From the NCBI GenBank assembly GCA_965153285.1, contig OZ229119.1: DNA of 64,000 nt. One strand, written 5' to 3'. The translations under genes and the position numbers were made by a program. The stretch's first letter is position 1, and the number at the start of each line of letters is the position of its first letter. This stretch comes from Podarcis tiliguerta. Its lineage: Eukaryota. Below the pieces are notes generated by a model. It had not been told where the DNA came from. It saw only the letters and a list, made by a program, of their open reading frames with translations, and did no database searches. Below, piece after piece: positions 14,001 to 26,700 of this stretch.

Positions 14001-16647
14001 TAAGTTTTTTATTGCTGTTTCTTTTGTTAATTCTGAGTCTGAACAATTTGAATTTCAGCAGGTTGTCAATAGGGTGCCTGGAAATTTCAAGCATGCAGAT
14101 CCTATACTGTCAATCAGTGACTTCTCAGAGTTGCCCAGAAGAACACCAAAGAAACCATTGATGTCAGCTGAAGTAAATGAATTAAACATAGATTGTTGAA
14201 TAAAAAGGGGCGAAGGGTGCACTTACATATATGCATTTGGCTTTTAACTTGGAAATGTCATGCTAACTTAATTCTGAACTATTTTCTCACTTCAGCTTAC
14301 AGTGTATTCCTGAGTGATGTTTTGTATATTTGGAGCAAACAGGAATTGAGGGATACCTAAGAACTTAAGATTTCATCACATAACTCTTACTGACTACATC
14401 AAACGTGAAATTTTAAACAAAATTCATATAACCAAGTCAGCAGAATAGATACAAAATAATTATTTTTCTACTCATCTCTGTTGTGTAGCTTTTTATTTCT
14501 TTTAAAAGCTTCTTATGTGCCAATTATTACCTTACTAACAAATAGGAGAATTTGAAATCTCACTACAAATATGGGCTCACTGTTTTTAAAATAGTAGTAT
14601 TCTGTACTGACAACGTTTTTCACTTTCCACCAAGCGGAAATGGGAAATAAACATAAAATTACTTCTATTCAATAGCCATACAATTCAGGTAGGACAGAAG
14701 TGCTGACAGTGCCTTTTAAGTCTTCCTTTATCAAGGTAGCCTTTATTACATAACACTATACTTCATGTTGAAAGAACAAAAGGATGGTACTGAAGATCCC
14801 TGGATACAAAAATGGCCAAACAGACCAAAATAACCAAACTTTAATCAACAGCTAAACTCCATGCAAGAATCTTCTTAAAGCTTACTCTGCTTATCAAATT
14901 CTTTTACAAATCACACAGTGATGCACACTTTCTTGTTCTTTCTCTAGTACAGCTTTCTTGTGCTTTTTTTTAAAAAAAATTCTCCCTTTGTCTAACTTTT
15001 TACAGGTCATGGAGAAAACATCTACAGAGGAAAGAAGAGCAGACAGGGATATTCTTAAAGAAATGTTCCATTATGAGGCATCAACACCTACAGGAATTAG
15101 GTATTTATAGGTGTAATTATTGTTTCAAGCATGCAGTGACTGCCTTTTTAGGCTTTGTTAGCACAACTCAGTGCATTTGACTCTGTTATAATAACATTTC
15201 TAAGAATCCAGTCTTAAAAGGAGTGTTATTTTTTATAATATTAAAAATATGTTATCCAGTTCTTTCATGCTTATCAGTAGCAACTAGAAAACCCCAGATC
15301 TTTCAAAGCTGTATATCATTTAAATTGGTGTTTTTAGAAGCAAATCATGTGTTAAGGTACTTGTCACTTCCAGAACCACAGACTATTTGTTCTAGGATTT
15401 GGCTCATTGTTTGAGATATCCAGATCAAAAGCCATCATAGGAATAGTCTTTAATTAGCAGGTAGTATAATCTGCTAAAGTAAATATACTGAACTTACTGC
15501 TTCTAAAGCAACATATGATTTGCGCCATACTGCTAAATCACAGAAAATATTTGCAACAGGACTAGGAGGAAATCTTTAGTAATAGGGTGCACAGTACAGT
15601 TAGTTGTCTTTCACAGTGCTTTGCACCTTGTCTCTCAAGCAGCTATTATACCCTTAACTTTGTGGAAGATTAAGATCCTCCATCTCATTATATTCCTTAG
15701 GTATAAAAATGGTAGAACTCCATGTCATAGATTGTAATTCCCAAGGATGGAACTATCTGATTTACACAGCCAAGTTGGGGACAACACATTGCTCAGGTTT
15801 ACCCAGCTTCCCTTGGTCTTCTGCTTAGTGTTATAGTCCTGGGTCTGGGCAGGTTGCGCAGGTTTTCTTGCAGTGTAACTTGACCTAAAGTTGTCTGCTT
15901 TAGAAGTTGCAGGCTTATAAAAATCCTATACAGCACTAGTACTTGAAACGAGGAATATTGAATGCTGAGAACACTTCTTGTCTGTCTCAAAAGAATGCCT
16001 TTTTATTGGGTGGCATGCATGCTCTGAAGATGGACGGGGGGTGAAAGGGGACAGATCTTCTACCCCCCTCCCCCATGCTAGCTTGTCAAAAGTCTGGTAT
16101 TCAAAGAACAGGTATCTTAACAAACAATATAAATTTGATGGATATAACATTTAGTATCCATGATGAAGCTCATGAAGCCCTTATCATAATCCATAGTTTC
16201 GGTGAGGCAAAACACTTGCCTGTCTTCCCTAGAGAGTTGTAAAACTTCAGAGCATTAAATGCCTACCTCATCCCCTCCCAAATGCCTTTTAAAAATGAGG
16301 TCTATTTTAGCCTTAAATAAACATATAATTACTTCTCATTAATTAACAGTGCTACCTGCCGCAGACCAATCAAGGGAGCTGCTGGTCGACCTATAGAGCA
16401 CAGTGACTTCCGGCTGGAGGAGACCTATTCATCAAAATATATCCCCAAATATGTTGCCACAGCAGATCTCAACCCAGAGAAACCAACAATTAAAAAACGT
16501 TCCATTCCTATGTGGATAAAAATCCTGCTCTTTGTTCTTATTTCAGTCTTCTTACTTTTGGTCTATCAGTCTATGGAAACCAACCAAGGAAATCCATTCT
16601 CCAAATTTCTTAGTAGTAATAGTAACCTGGAGGAAAAGACAGATTGA
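1080..16647 (+). CDS. TMPO: Thymopoietin / lamina-associated polypeptide 2 beta (458 aa, 9 coding exons)
   Basis: Exons 1080-1349, 7542-7668, 9247-9405, 11424-11524, 13101-13220, 13322-13417, 14062-14172, 15006-15100, 16350-16647. All GT-AG, total 1377 nt in frame. LEM-like and LEM domains plus C-terminal TM helix ([18 protein letters not shown]). Confidence 0.97.
3155..3322. mobile_element. Truncated Tc1/mariner-type MITE fragment
   Basis: End resembles the right TIR (gaacggac...ccgttcg...aaggtaagactata) of the TA-flanked MITE at 49642. Left end not seen. Confidence 0.5.
4392..4530. mobile_element. Old short foldback repeat (ggactacaactccc-type), likely a non-autonomous DNA element
   Basis: Degenerate tgttggattacaa ... 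gggaagtgtagaccagtaaca inverted arms. Related copies near 5855-5935, 7965-8080, 43165-43272, 57195-57325 and 58765-58850. Confidence 0.55.
5733..5800 (-). mobile_element. CR1 LINE 3' end fragment
   Basis: Reverse complement of tggactagatgacc...cccttgcaact...attc, the typical CR1 tail. Confidence 0.6.
6950..7167. mobile_element. Tc1/mariner-type MITE, family A copy 1
   Basis: TA|CAGTGGTACCTC...GAGGAACCACTG|TA terminal inverted repeats; 4 near-identical copies in the window. Confidence 0.9.
7542..7668 (+). CDS. TMPO: TMPO coding exon 2 (LEM domain, N-part)
   Basis: [10 protein letters not shown]...YGVNPGPIV; CAG acceptor, GTAAGC donor. Confidence 0.96.
9247..9405 (+). CDS. TMPO: TMPO coding exon 3 (LEM domain, C-part)
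   Basis: [13 protein letters not shown]...DQYSDNEE; TAG acceptor, GTAGAA donor. Confidence 0.95.
10199..10447. mobile_element. hAT-type non-autonomous element
   Basis: CAGGGGTCAGCAAA...TTTGCCTACCCATG ends; 8-bp TSD atatatac/atataaac (7/8 match). Confidence 0.8.
11424..11524 (+). CDS. TMPO: TMPO beta-type exon
   Basis: [34 protein letters not shown]; CAG acceptor, GTACCA donor. Confidence 0.93.
13101..13220 (+). CDS. TMPO: TMPO cassette exon (120 nt, phase 0-0)
   Basis: [18 protein letters not shown]...SRRTPRKR. Confidence 0.92.
13322..13417 (+). CDS. TMPO: TMPO cassette exon (96 nt, phase 0-0)
   Basis: [32 protein letters not shown]. Confidence 0.9.
14062..14172 (+). CDS. TMPO: TMPO cassette exon (111 nt, phase 0-0)
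   Basis: [37 protein letters not shown]; CAGCAG tandem acceptor. Confidence 0.93.
15006..15100 (+). CDS. TMPO: TMPO penultimate exon
   Basis: [32 protein letters not shown]. Confidence 0.94.
16350..16647 (+). CDS. TMPO: TMPO last coding exon (transmembrane anchor)
   Basis: [14 protein letters not shown]...[33 protein letters not shown]; TGA at 16645-16647. AU-rich 3'UTR with AATAAA near 17165 and 17816. Confidence 0.95.
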
Positions 16648-18227
16648 GTGTTTGTATGGCACGCACAACTTGGTCTCCTATTTAACTGTAGAGATGTCTT
16701 CATCCTTCATCTATTTCAGCGACTGCATACAAATAATAGCGGCATCAGAAAAGTGAAATAAACAAGACAGTATAAGTGGACATCACTAACTTTTTTCAGT
16801 ATTAGGAGATCACTTTGTGCCATAATTAATATTTTTAGATCTCTCTGGAATTTATTGTAGGATTTATTTTTTTAACGTGGATATCATTACATTCATTTGA
16901 GATTGTATATTTGTTTTTGCAAGCTCAAGGGCAAAAGTGATAGTAAAATGTGAAGATGTGTTTTAATGTTTTTATTTCATATTAAAAAGATAATGTACTG
17001 AAAATTTCTCTACATTGCCTATTGTTTTTAGGGGTGGGAAGTGCTAAGATAATAAAGGGAAATGCATTTTTCGATGCATTTTGTTGAAACTGTGCAGCTA
17101 AGTTTAGTGTATTGTAGTTTAATGGAAAATCCAGCATTTTTTCTGTAGAATACTGTAACATTTTAATAAATAAATGTAAACCTATTGTATACATTTCTGT
17201 ATCTGTCCTAGTTTTAATTGTAGTAACTCCAATTAACCCTATTCTCTATTTTTAATAATAGTTCTCTACTTTAGTGCTTAATGTCATATCACTGATCAAA
17301 TTGGCAATAGGTGTCCTTAGAGCAAAACATATTTATTAGTAAAATCGTGTGAAAGAAAATTTACATTAAATAAACTGAACTACTTTTTTACTGAATAATT
17401 ACAATCTTAAATCATTAACTGCAGATTTAAAATTCCTGTCTTATTACAAAATGGTTATGCTCTCAAGCAAAAACCTCTATTTTTATGTAGGTAAATTGAC
17501 TTCTATGTGTAGATTTCTTTTTTTTCTTTTCCAACTTAGAATTTTGTTTGAACCATCATGGATGTTCATATTCCAAAACATTTCATACTTTCATTAAAAA
17601 GATATTGTTATGTTACCTATTATGTATCAGCCAAGGTTAAAAGTTCTGCTGATGGATGCAACAAATTTAGTCTGCCATAATTTGTTATCAGTTGCATTTA
17701 CCAATCAAGTAACTTCAATTAATTTCAAGTGTGGGTTATTACAAATATAATGTGAATGTATCAATTTGCAGCACATATGGGATCTTGATATTACTGCATA
17801 TTCTATACAAAATGCAATAAACTTATTTTTAACGTTCTAGTCTCATCAAAAATTGCTATTAATACAATCAAACTAACCTTAACTTTTGTTGTAAAATTAT
17901 CTTACTACCTCACCTTACTTGATGCTATAGAGAGGCACATTTATGGAGCAATCCATTGAATCCAATAGAAGGGGAAATTAGTATAGAAGGGGAAATTAGT
18001 ATACCAACTCTAGGGTTGTATTCCCTCCTTCCTCCTTTCCAGGGGCATGCCCATTAGACCAAATGCAGCTCATTTTTGCTCTCTTCACCTTTTCTCTGAC
18101 ATCTCTGGAGAGTCATCCGAGGGCTGACTGACTATGGAAAGGTAGCTCTAGTATCCCCTTGCTTCTGGAGTGCACTATTAGGCATACTTATTAGTTCTAA
18201 TGTTTTGAAGGGCTTTAGCGTACCTAA

Positions 18228-18373
18228 CTGATTAGGCTGTAAGGCTACAGTTCCGAGCACTGGTAGGCTGCTTACATCTCAGTAACCAGTGAGTTAGGAT
18301 ACTTGTAAGTCACAATCACTGAGATGTAGGCAGCCTACCTGTGCTCTGAACCGTAGCCTTACAACCTGATCAG
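18228..18373. repeat. Long inverted repeat / foldback hairpin
   Basis: About 57-bp arms with about 7 differences, plus inner pairing gtgagtta/taagtcac. Confidence 0.9.
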
Positions 18374-19482
18374 AGTTAACTGCACAATACTGTATTCTAA
18401 ATGGGTTATGAACTAGTGTGCCTATTACTGACATTTTTTCCTTAATTAGATTGTAATGGTTCATAGGGATATGTTGAATGTGTCAATGACAAGTGTTATT
18501 TCTATATTTTACATGAAAAAGGTTCCAGATACTTGGCATTTACACTTAAAGAAAGAAGAGATTGAGCCTCATGTGACAGTGATGGATCCAGTAGTGTCCC
18601 TAATTTACAAACTCCTTCAGAGGTAGTATAGCCCCGTCAAAAACGGAACATTTCCAGGCCTAAACCTCAATTGAAATGGGTCTAGAAAATTGGTTTCATC
18701 CAAGAAAACCTGGATCTAGCCCTTAACCATGTCTTGCCTTCCTATGTCCTATGCCCAACACATGAGCCATTACCTCTGTTGAGGTGGTCCATGTAACTAT
18801 TTTGGCATCTTTCTCATGATGCTGTTAGTCTCCCTTCTTTGCAAAGGAAACCACATTAAAGTCATTTTTAAAAACCATCGGTTATACTGGAATAGAATCT
18901 ATTCCAGGCAGGCTCTTGGAGATAGCAACTTGCCAACAGATCTGGGTAGATCATATCCAGTTATATTCTCAATTTCTCTTATTTCAGTTGACCAAAATAT
19001 ATTTGGGCATATCACCATTCATTGTTTTGCATCTTCAACATAGATTATCTCCTATATATGTGGTTTAATACATACCAGTGAAAAATGAATTCATAACAAG
19101 CTTTATTTCAAGGCAATGCTTTTGGTTTGATGCAGAACATATTGCCCAAGATCCTTTATTTGAAATGATGTGCTAATTGTTATGTCAATATTAATGATAA
19201 TATAATTTTGTTTATTTAATAATCTGTGTTGGGTCTTTAAATGTTAAAAGATTCAGATTCTACAAGTTCTGAAATGTTTACCAACTAAATTGTTGGCAGT
19301 CTTTTGTAATTGCAAGTACTGAAAAGTGTTGGCTGGATCTGGAGCATTTTTTAAGATGTAAAAGAACGTAATATACGGTATGTGGCAATAATTTAATCTC
19401 TGTGCTGTGACACAATAGTGGCACTAGATGGCACTTTAAAGTGCTTTTTGCATGCCAGCTCCTAAGGCAACCTTATGTTTGC

Positions 19483-19617
19483 CAGTGCTTTTTTTCTAAA
19501 AAAAATGTTTAGGGGTACTTTCATTTTCCTACTCTATTGAAAGACTGTCCCTCAATAAGGCCAAACTTAGATTCTCAAAATGTTTAAGTGTATGCGTACC
19601 CCCAGAAAAAAGCATTA
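19483..19617. mobile_element. Short MITE-like element
   Basis: Imperfect TIRs cagtgcttttttt / aaaaaagcatta with internal ggggtac/gtacccc. Confidence 0.5.
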
Positions 19618-19778
19618 TAACAAAGGTAGTTCTGACATGACATTCTGTCTGACAGCTTCAGAATATTTTAGTAACTTTTCTTCATATGGTCTTCAACATT
19701 AAAATAAAAGACAGTCAGGTACAAAGCCTGAACTAGCTGCAAAATGGCCACATTTGCCATATGAGCTGAACATTTATA

Positions 19779-19990
19779 CAGTGGTACCTCGGGTTACAGA
19801 CGCTTCAGGTTACAGACTCTGCTAACCCAGAAATAGTACCTTGGATTAAGTACTTTACCTCAGGATGAGAACAGAAATCGTGGCGCAGCGGCAGGCCCCA
19901 TTAGCTAAAGTGGTACCTCAGGTTAAGAACAGTTTCAGGTTAAGAACGGACCTCCGGAACGAATTAAGTTCTTAACCTGAGGTACCACTG
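19779..19990. mobile_element. Tc1/mariner-type MITE, family A copy 2
   Basis: TA TSD, CAGTGGTACCTC TIRs. Confidence 0.9.
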
Positions 19991-20599
19991 TAATACCCTA
20001 TTATAGCATTCTTTTAGATAGCAACAGTTTTATAATGGTAGCAATATTACTTGTCACACAACAATCCTATGTAATTGTGGGGCAAAGTGTTAAAAGACAA
20101 GTATTAATATTGATAAGTATATATGTTTGTCAACGCGTCTTCTTAGGGGCCTTTACATGAAATATGCACTGGGCTTGCTATTTGATATTTCCAAGCATGG
20201 AACTGCAATTGACATGTCAGGATAGACTATTTTAAACCTAAAGATAAGAATTACATGCTGGCCTATCAGTTCTTCACAGTGCACAATAAATGTTACAGCA
20301 TTCCAGCATGTTGGGAAGATGCCAGTATGATCTCTTGAAGAGAGGTATGATGCTACTTTCTGAACTACAGGATGTAACACTGGAAGTAAGTTGCTGAGAA
20401 GAAAGGGTTTTACATGACATTTGAAGGAAAATTCAGGTATTTGGACGGGGCATACTGTCCTAAACCCTCAGTTGGTACTGTGGACATTACAATATTGTAA
20501 GCTGATTTGAGTAAAAGGAAATAAGGGGATTTCTGTAGCATTTTGAGTATTCAAAGCAATTTATATACATGACTTCAGTAATCTTATGCCAACTCTGTA

Positions 20600-20825
20600 C
20601 AGTGGTACCTCGGGTTACATACACTTCAGGTTACACACTCCACTAAGCCAGAAATAGTGCTTCAGGTTAAGAACTTCGCTTCAGGATAAGAACAGAAATC
20701 TGGCTCCGGCAGCGTGGTGGCAGCAGGAGGCCCCATTAGCTAAAGTGGTGCTTCAGGTTAAGAACAGTTTCAGGTTAAGTACGGACCTCCAAAATGAATT
20801 AAGTACTTAACCTGAGGTACCACTG
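20600..20825. mobile_element. Tc1/mariner-type MITE, family A copy 3
   Basis: TA TSD, CAGTGGTACCTC TIRs. Confidence 0.9.
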
Positions 20826-21662
20826 TAATCGGTCAGAGAAAGTCTGGCCCAGTGCATAGACTGAAGAGCCTCAAATTCCAAACTTTAGACAGTTAGTGAT
20901 CTCGGACCAGTTACTACTTTTCAGACTACTATGAAGAGAAAAGGACCAAAGACTGGTATATTGAGATAATATACTGTAATACATTGTTACTGACACCAGT
21001 GTTACAAAGGTTGCATATCACTCGCAATCTCTGCTAAGCAGTAGCAAGCTTCCAGGTGCTCAGGATTATGTTTCCTTTAGGAAATCAAAGCACATCAGAG
21101 ACTAACCTTTAAGAAATATGGCTTATTGTACACATATTTACACCTAGGTCTACTTTGAAGAGAGTTTAGAGCATTACTTCTCAAGAGGGGCTTGTTATTC
21201 ACAGCAGTGCAGCATTGGAGTCCAAGGCATCCTGCAAGCCATCTCCGTGCCACTGTGCCATCCTGCCAAGATGGTTGCGGACTTCACAGCCGCTCTTGGA
21301 GTTCTTCTCTTGCAACCTCTAGATTTCAAAAGGACACATTTTTCTTGTGTGACATCACACCTCCTTTAACCTTCCCCTCCACACCATTTACCCAGAGGGC
21401 AGGCAGAGGGTCAATGACTGGACACTGTTTGGCATTTACACCATTATGGTATTTCTCCCCAGGTCATTTCCTAACATCTGACATCTTTTCTTCATTATAT
21501 CAAATATTATCTAAATTCTACCATTTATTAATTTCTAACATTCCCTAACTAGCAGTTATGGGTTCCCTCGCCTCCCCACAACTGTCACCCCAGATTTGCA
21601 ACAATATATCTATGCTGTAGGTGAAGGGTTGTAGTTGACAGATGGTAGATGAGTTCCAAGTA

Positions 21663-21909
21663 CAGTGGTGCCCCGCAAGACGAATGCCTCGGAAGACGAA
21701 AAACTCGCAAGACGAAAGAGTTTTCCGTTTTCTGAGGTGCTTCGCAAGACGGATTTCCCTATGGGCTTGCTTCGCAAGACGAAACGTCTTGCGCCTTTTT
21801 TTTTTTAACTGCCAATGCATTCCTATGGGAAACCGTCAATACGCATTGGTGCTTCGCAAGATGAAAAAACTCGCAGAACGAATTAATTTCGTCTTGCGGG
21901 GCACCACTG
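21663..21909. mobile_element. Tc1/mariner-type MITE, family B copy 1
   Basis: TA|CAGTGGTGCCCCGCAAGACGAA...TTCGTCTTGCGGGGCACCACTG|TA; repeated GCAAGACG motifs. Confidence 0.9.
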
Positions 21910-22399
21910 TACTCATCTCTGAATACTACACTGCTATAAGGATTTTTGATCCCTCAAATACTCTTCCCCCTGGAATGGCCTTTTATAGTCCATTGGTTTC
22001 CAAAGCTTTTGGCAGAAACACACTTGCCCGTTAAGCACAACTTGAAGATTTCCTTTTTCTAAATCAGGTTACCATTTAAACCACCCAATTCATAGCCACA
22101 ATCTGGTTGCATAGTACTGCACTCTTGTGGATAAAGCTCTGGTCCACCTTATACTAAGATATTTATTGTTGTGCCTGAGAACATAAATTACTGCAAAACG
22201 TCTTGTTTTTTTGTAAGTCGACTGACCAACGCGCCTTCGTCTTTTCGAGCAACAGGAGTATTATTTATTATTTATTTATTATTTTAAAAAAATAATATTG
22301 GTGGTATTAAAATTCAAACGATATCAGTCGGAAATGCACTGAAACACTCTAGGAACAAGCAATGTAAACTCCAATGAGCAGATCTCAGTACGTGGAAAT

Positions 22400-23700
22400 T
22401 TTCACAAAATTTCCACCACGCACGAACTGGGCGCTGCCAACTAGGTAACCTTGTTCTTTCTCCTTCACCCAACTACTTAAGTTCACGGTCGCCTCTAGGG
22501 TTTAAACCAGACGGTGCCAGTCATAGGAAGGTCCAGCCAGCAGGCTCCCTCCAAGGTCTAGTGCTTGTTGCGCATTCGCTTTCCCTCCACCCGCTTCCCG
22601 GTATTTCACGGCCGCTCCAAGGCAAGGCGCGGCAAGGCAATGGAGGGGTGCGGAGCAGTGAGCGGCAAAGCTAGGCGAGATGACAAGATTGGCTCTTGAG
22701 AGCGTCGGCGGAGTGACGCAAGCTCGCGGGGCCGCGGCGCCCAATCGCAGCGCACCTTTTTGGACCGCCGCTCCGCCCTTTTGCGTCAGAGAAGGACAAA
22801 GTCATTGAGGAAGGGTGATATTCGGCCTTTGAGTGCAGTCGCCGGCCGAGTAGCGGAGCGGAGGGGAAGCGGTTTCCGCCATCTTAGAAGGTGAGTCCCT
22901 GAGGGGAATGGGGTGCAGGGCCGGCTTTTCCGTTCTCGCACCTTCGCCGCATGTTCAGTCCCGGCTGCTGACGGGGGCAGTTTTGTTTTCCCCCGCCTCA
23001 CAAGCACGGCGAGGCGGGGGCCTCCTGCTTAACCACATCCCTCGTTCTCCCTCCCGCAGCTTCCTGCCGCCGCCATGTTCTCGTCCATAGTGCCGCTTGT
23101 GCGGCTCAACCCATTCCACGCCCCGCAGCTGCAGCTGCAGCAGGACGGACTCAGTCTAAGGAAACTCCCGGCCGAACCCGCGGAGCCTTCGTGCACCCGG
23201 CGGAGCACCCTGGCAGCCGCTTCCGCAGAGGGTAAGTGGGCGGATTGGGGGGTCGGGGCGCACGACCTTTGCCTCGGTTCCTTCTCTGGAAGGGCCTCCC
23301 GGTTTTTTAATTCTCTCTCTTGTGGGGCTTTAGCTACCGGGCCCCCTGGGTTCCTCTTGGAGGACATGGAAGGTCAATGCAGGCCGGGCTTGTGCTTGGC
23401 TCACGGTGCCTCCTTGGCTGAGCCCCTTCCGTTTCCTCCCACTGGAAAAGGCCAGGATGAGTTCCCGTCTGTGCCTTGAGCCCCGCCTGTGTAGGCCTCG
23501 GAGGAGGCTTGCTCCGCGGCGACCTTGGGGCTGGAAGGCGTCGGGCCTAGCCATGCCTTGCATGTGGTTGGGGACATCTTGTCTTCTAGTGCGTGGTCGC
23601 CCTCAGCGGCTTAAGGATGCTGCCTGCGCAGAAGCCCAAGGCTAGTAGAAGACGGCATGTCTCCATGGCAACTAGTCAGCGGCCTGGTCCTTCCCCGGGT
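22400..23700. promoter_or_regulatory. SLC25A3: CpG island / SLC25A3 promoter with non-coding exon 1 ending at 22890
   Basis: ATTGG at 22688, CCAAT at 22742, CRE-like GTGACGCA, YY1-type CCGCCATCTT at 22876-22885, donor AAG|GTGAGT at 22890/22891, acceptor CAG at 23059. Confidence 0.8.
23075..23231 (+). CDS. SLC25A3: SLC25A3 exon 2 (mitochondrial presequence)
   Basis: Kozak GCCGCCATG; [21 protein letters not shown]...LAAASAE; GTAAGT donor. Confidence 0.95.
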
Positions 23701-26700
23701 GGGTAACACTTTTAAAGGAGGGTGGTATGGTGGGGACAAGGTCACAGGCTTAGAATGACACTGGGAGGAGCAGGTGAGGCTAAGTAGTTTTCCACACTCT
23801 CGTTTACCTTGAAGGGTTTATTAGGTCGATACAATGTTGCACCTATGTAAGCAACCAATATTTTAAAGTCTCATAATGAAAATAAGCAAACTTCCATACA
23901 AATGTTCTCCATCAACTTCGTCCCGTTGGTGCCATATCTGTTTTCTTACAGTGACACAATATCTACTACTAAACCTGTCCTTTATTTAATTGCATAGGGC
24001 AGCCGTATATTAGGAAAAAAGAGTGAATAGGGTTTTGTAGCACATTTAAAAGATGAACATAGCTGTAGTGGCCTGCGAAAAGAATAGACACTGCTTTGTC
24101 AGATGCATGAAGCATCATCCTCCGTTGGCACATACCAACATATCATTCATGATATATAACTCAATTAAGCTTTGTTTTTTGTATTTAAAAAAAGAGACCC
24201 TTATAGCGGTTTCTTTTTATGTTACAAGAACCCTGGAATGATAAGAGGTTGGTGCATGTAGCTTTGAGGCAATAGTTTTGAATCTAAGATGTATCTTATA
24301 CGTACGTACTTGCCTTAATTTTTTTATAATGAATAAATCCTCACAATATATTCTTACAAAGATACTGGATTAATCATGTGAAGGTCTATTGACCAGCGAG
24401 TGTTTATATGCCCATGTAAAGAATTGCACAGCAGTAACTTGTGAAATTACTTACTTGTTTGTTTAGCCCTTACAAGGCAATCTGAAATCAGGGCCTGGTA
24501 AGTTACCTAAAACAATGAGCAAATACAATCAAGCTCTGTTGAATTTAATTGAAATAGTTTTTTGTTTTATATCCTGTATATATGTTATTTTGGCATAACT
24601 GGACATTTACCCTTATCTAATATTTATGTGGCTTTTAATACGTGCACAGCACATCTCTTGGAAGAAAGTGTTGCCTTAAGCAGAATGCACCTTGTAAATA
24701 CTTATATTTTGGTCATTCCTATGACACGTGAAGTAACTATGATATTATTTTGAATCCCATTCATGTTGGCATAGACATCTTTGTCAAGTAGTATACCAAC
24801 CTACGTGTTGATATTGATACTGGTCCTTGAACATGGTTATTTGAAAGTGAATTAAGATCCATTTTAATTACTTTGAGAATGTTTTCAGGCAGTCTTGGTA
24901 AAAAGAATAAATGCTTTTAGTTGACCTACTACCACTTCATAAATTTTGGAAGACAAACTTGTTTTAGGAGAAAAGTGAAATTTCTTGATTGAGCTTACAT
25001 AATTTAATGCTAACTTCAAATGCCAAACTCTGTAGTTTGTCAACTTGTACTTATCTCTTTTTAAGCAGAAGACTATAGCTGTGCATATGGCTCTGGCAGA
25101 TTCTTCATCCTTTGTGGCTTTGGTGGGATTATTAGCTGTGGTACCACGCACACAGCATTGGTTCCTTTAGATCTCGTTAAATGCCGAATTCAGGTTTGAT
25201 TGCATGTCAAGTTGGTTATCATAGCATGATAAAAGTGTGAAATCTTACTAATCAAAAGGAAACAAGGCTTGGATTTCACCCAAATAAAGTTTTTTATATC
25301 GTTGCATGTAGTTTATTTAACAGCATGGTGTGTCTTTTCTTTGCTGCAGAAGAATACAGTTGTGAATATGGCTCTCTCAAGTTTTACGCTCTCTGTGGCT
25401 TTGGTGGGGTCCTAAGTTGTGGTCTGACACATACAGCAGTGGTACCTTTGGATTTAGTGAAGTGTCGCATCCAGGTTTGTATGCTGCCAAATATGGATTT
25501 CCCCCCCTATCATTTGGGATAAAATAATTGGACAAATTTTAAATTGAGCCAGATTTAGTTAGGAACCATGTAACTGGCATTTGACAAATAAACAGTAATG
25601 GCAGATACTTGTGTTTGAAAGCTTCATGACTAATCAGAAACCATGATTTATCAAATGTATACCTCCAGTACAAATACGTCTAAAATATTTGAGCCTAATA
25701 TATTTAAATACTAAACATTCAGAATCTTTATAATGCATGTAGCATAAAGGCTGAATGACTTCATGCATGTGTCATTTCTTTGTTGTGGAGTTATAATTTG
25801 AAGAAAAGATAATAATGATCCATGCATTTGACAACGGAAGCTTAAATATGTGAGGATATAGTCAATGAGAAACAGTATGATCCTTTGCAAATTAGCTTAG
25901 AAGTTGCACTGAGTTCAGTGGGAATCACTCCCAAGGAAGGGTGCATAGGATTTTAGCCATATAATGAACCAACCTCTAGCTTTATGGCAGAAGGAAGTTG
26001 GTTAGGTGGAATGAAGATTCTGAAGTTAACCCTTTGCTTATATTTGTAATATATTAAAAAGAGTGCTTTGATTTTAGATATTTATTTCACAAAGTTGATT
26101 CCTCTAAAGCAGCTAAAAGTATTGAGGAAATATGCTTGAGCTGTGTATGATCCAAGTATACATTACAGAAAATGTAATCCTGTTCATGCAGAAGTCAGAA
26201 AGAGGCCAGGAAGTAAGATGAAAGGTGAAATGGAACAAGTCAGTAGAGGGCGACATGAGGTAGGAAGGTAGGACCAGAGAGTATTAACATCTTATAAAGT
26301 CAATTTTTTTTTTATTTTTTTACAAAATAGCATATTGCCAATTTCTGCATAAAATATTTTTGTAATACTGAACAGTTTTTACTGAGATTGCACATATCTA
26401 GACAAATCTTAAATAGCTGTAACAAATTGCAGCCTTTTTCAGAACATTTATTCACAACTTTTCTGAGTACTTCTTTTTACAATTGATTTATTAATTGCTT
26501 CCTAAACCATCGTTTCAGATGCATTTACACATAAGATAATGAAACAGTTGAACACAAAAGCTAATACATGTAAAACAATACAAAAACCCTAATATGTGGA
26601 CACTTGTTAATTACCCATTTATTCAGTTGAGACAGTACTGGTGTTCTTACAATGAAGAGTAACAATTCATCCCACCCCAATGCGCTGTTAGTTTTGGTGA

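Noticed and set aside
17965-18003. Short tandem duplications (also about 8250-8300, 12313-12335 and 44602-44643)
   Set aside because: Ordinary slippage duplications with no sign of function.
21545-22034. ORFs of 91-130 aa
   Set aside because: They run through MITE family B and show no transposase motifs.
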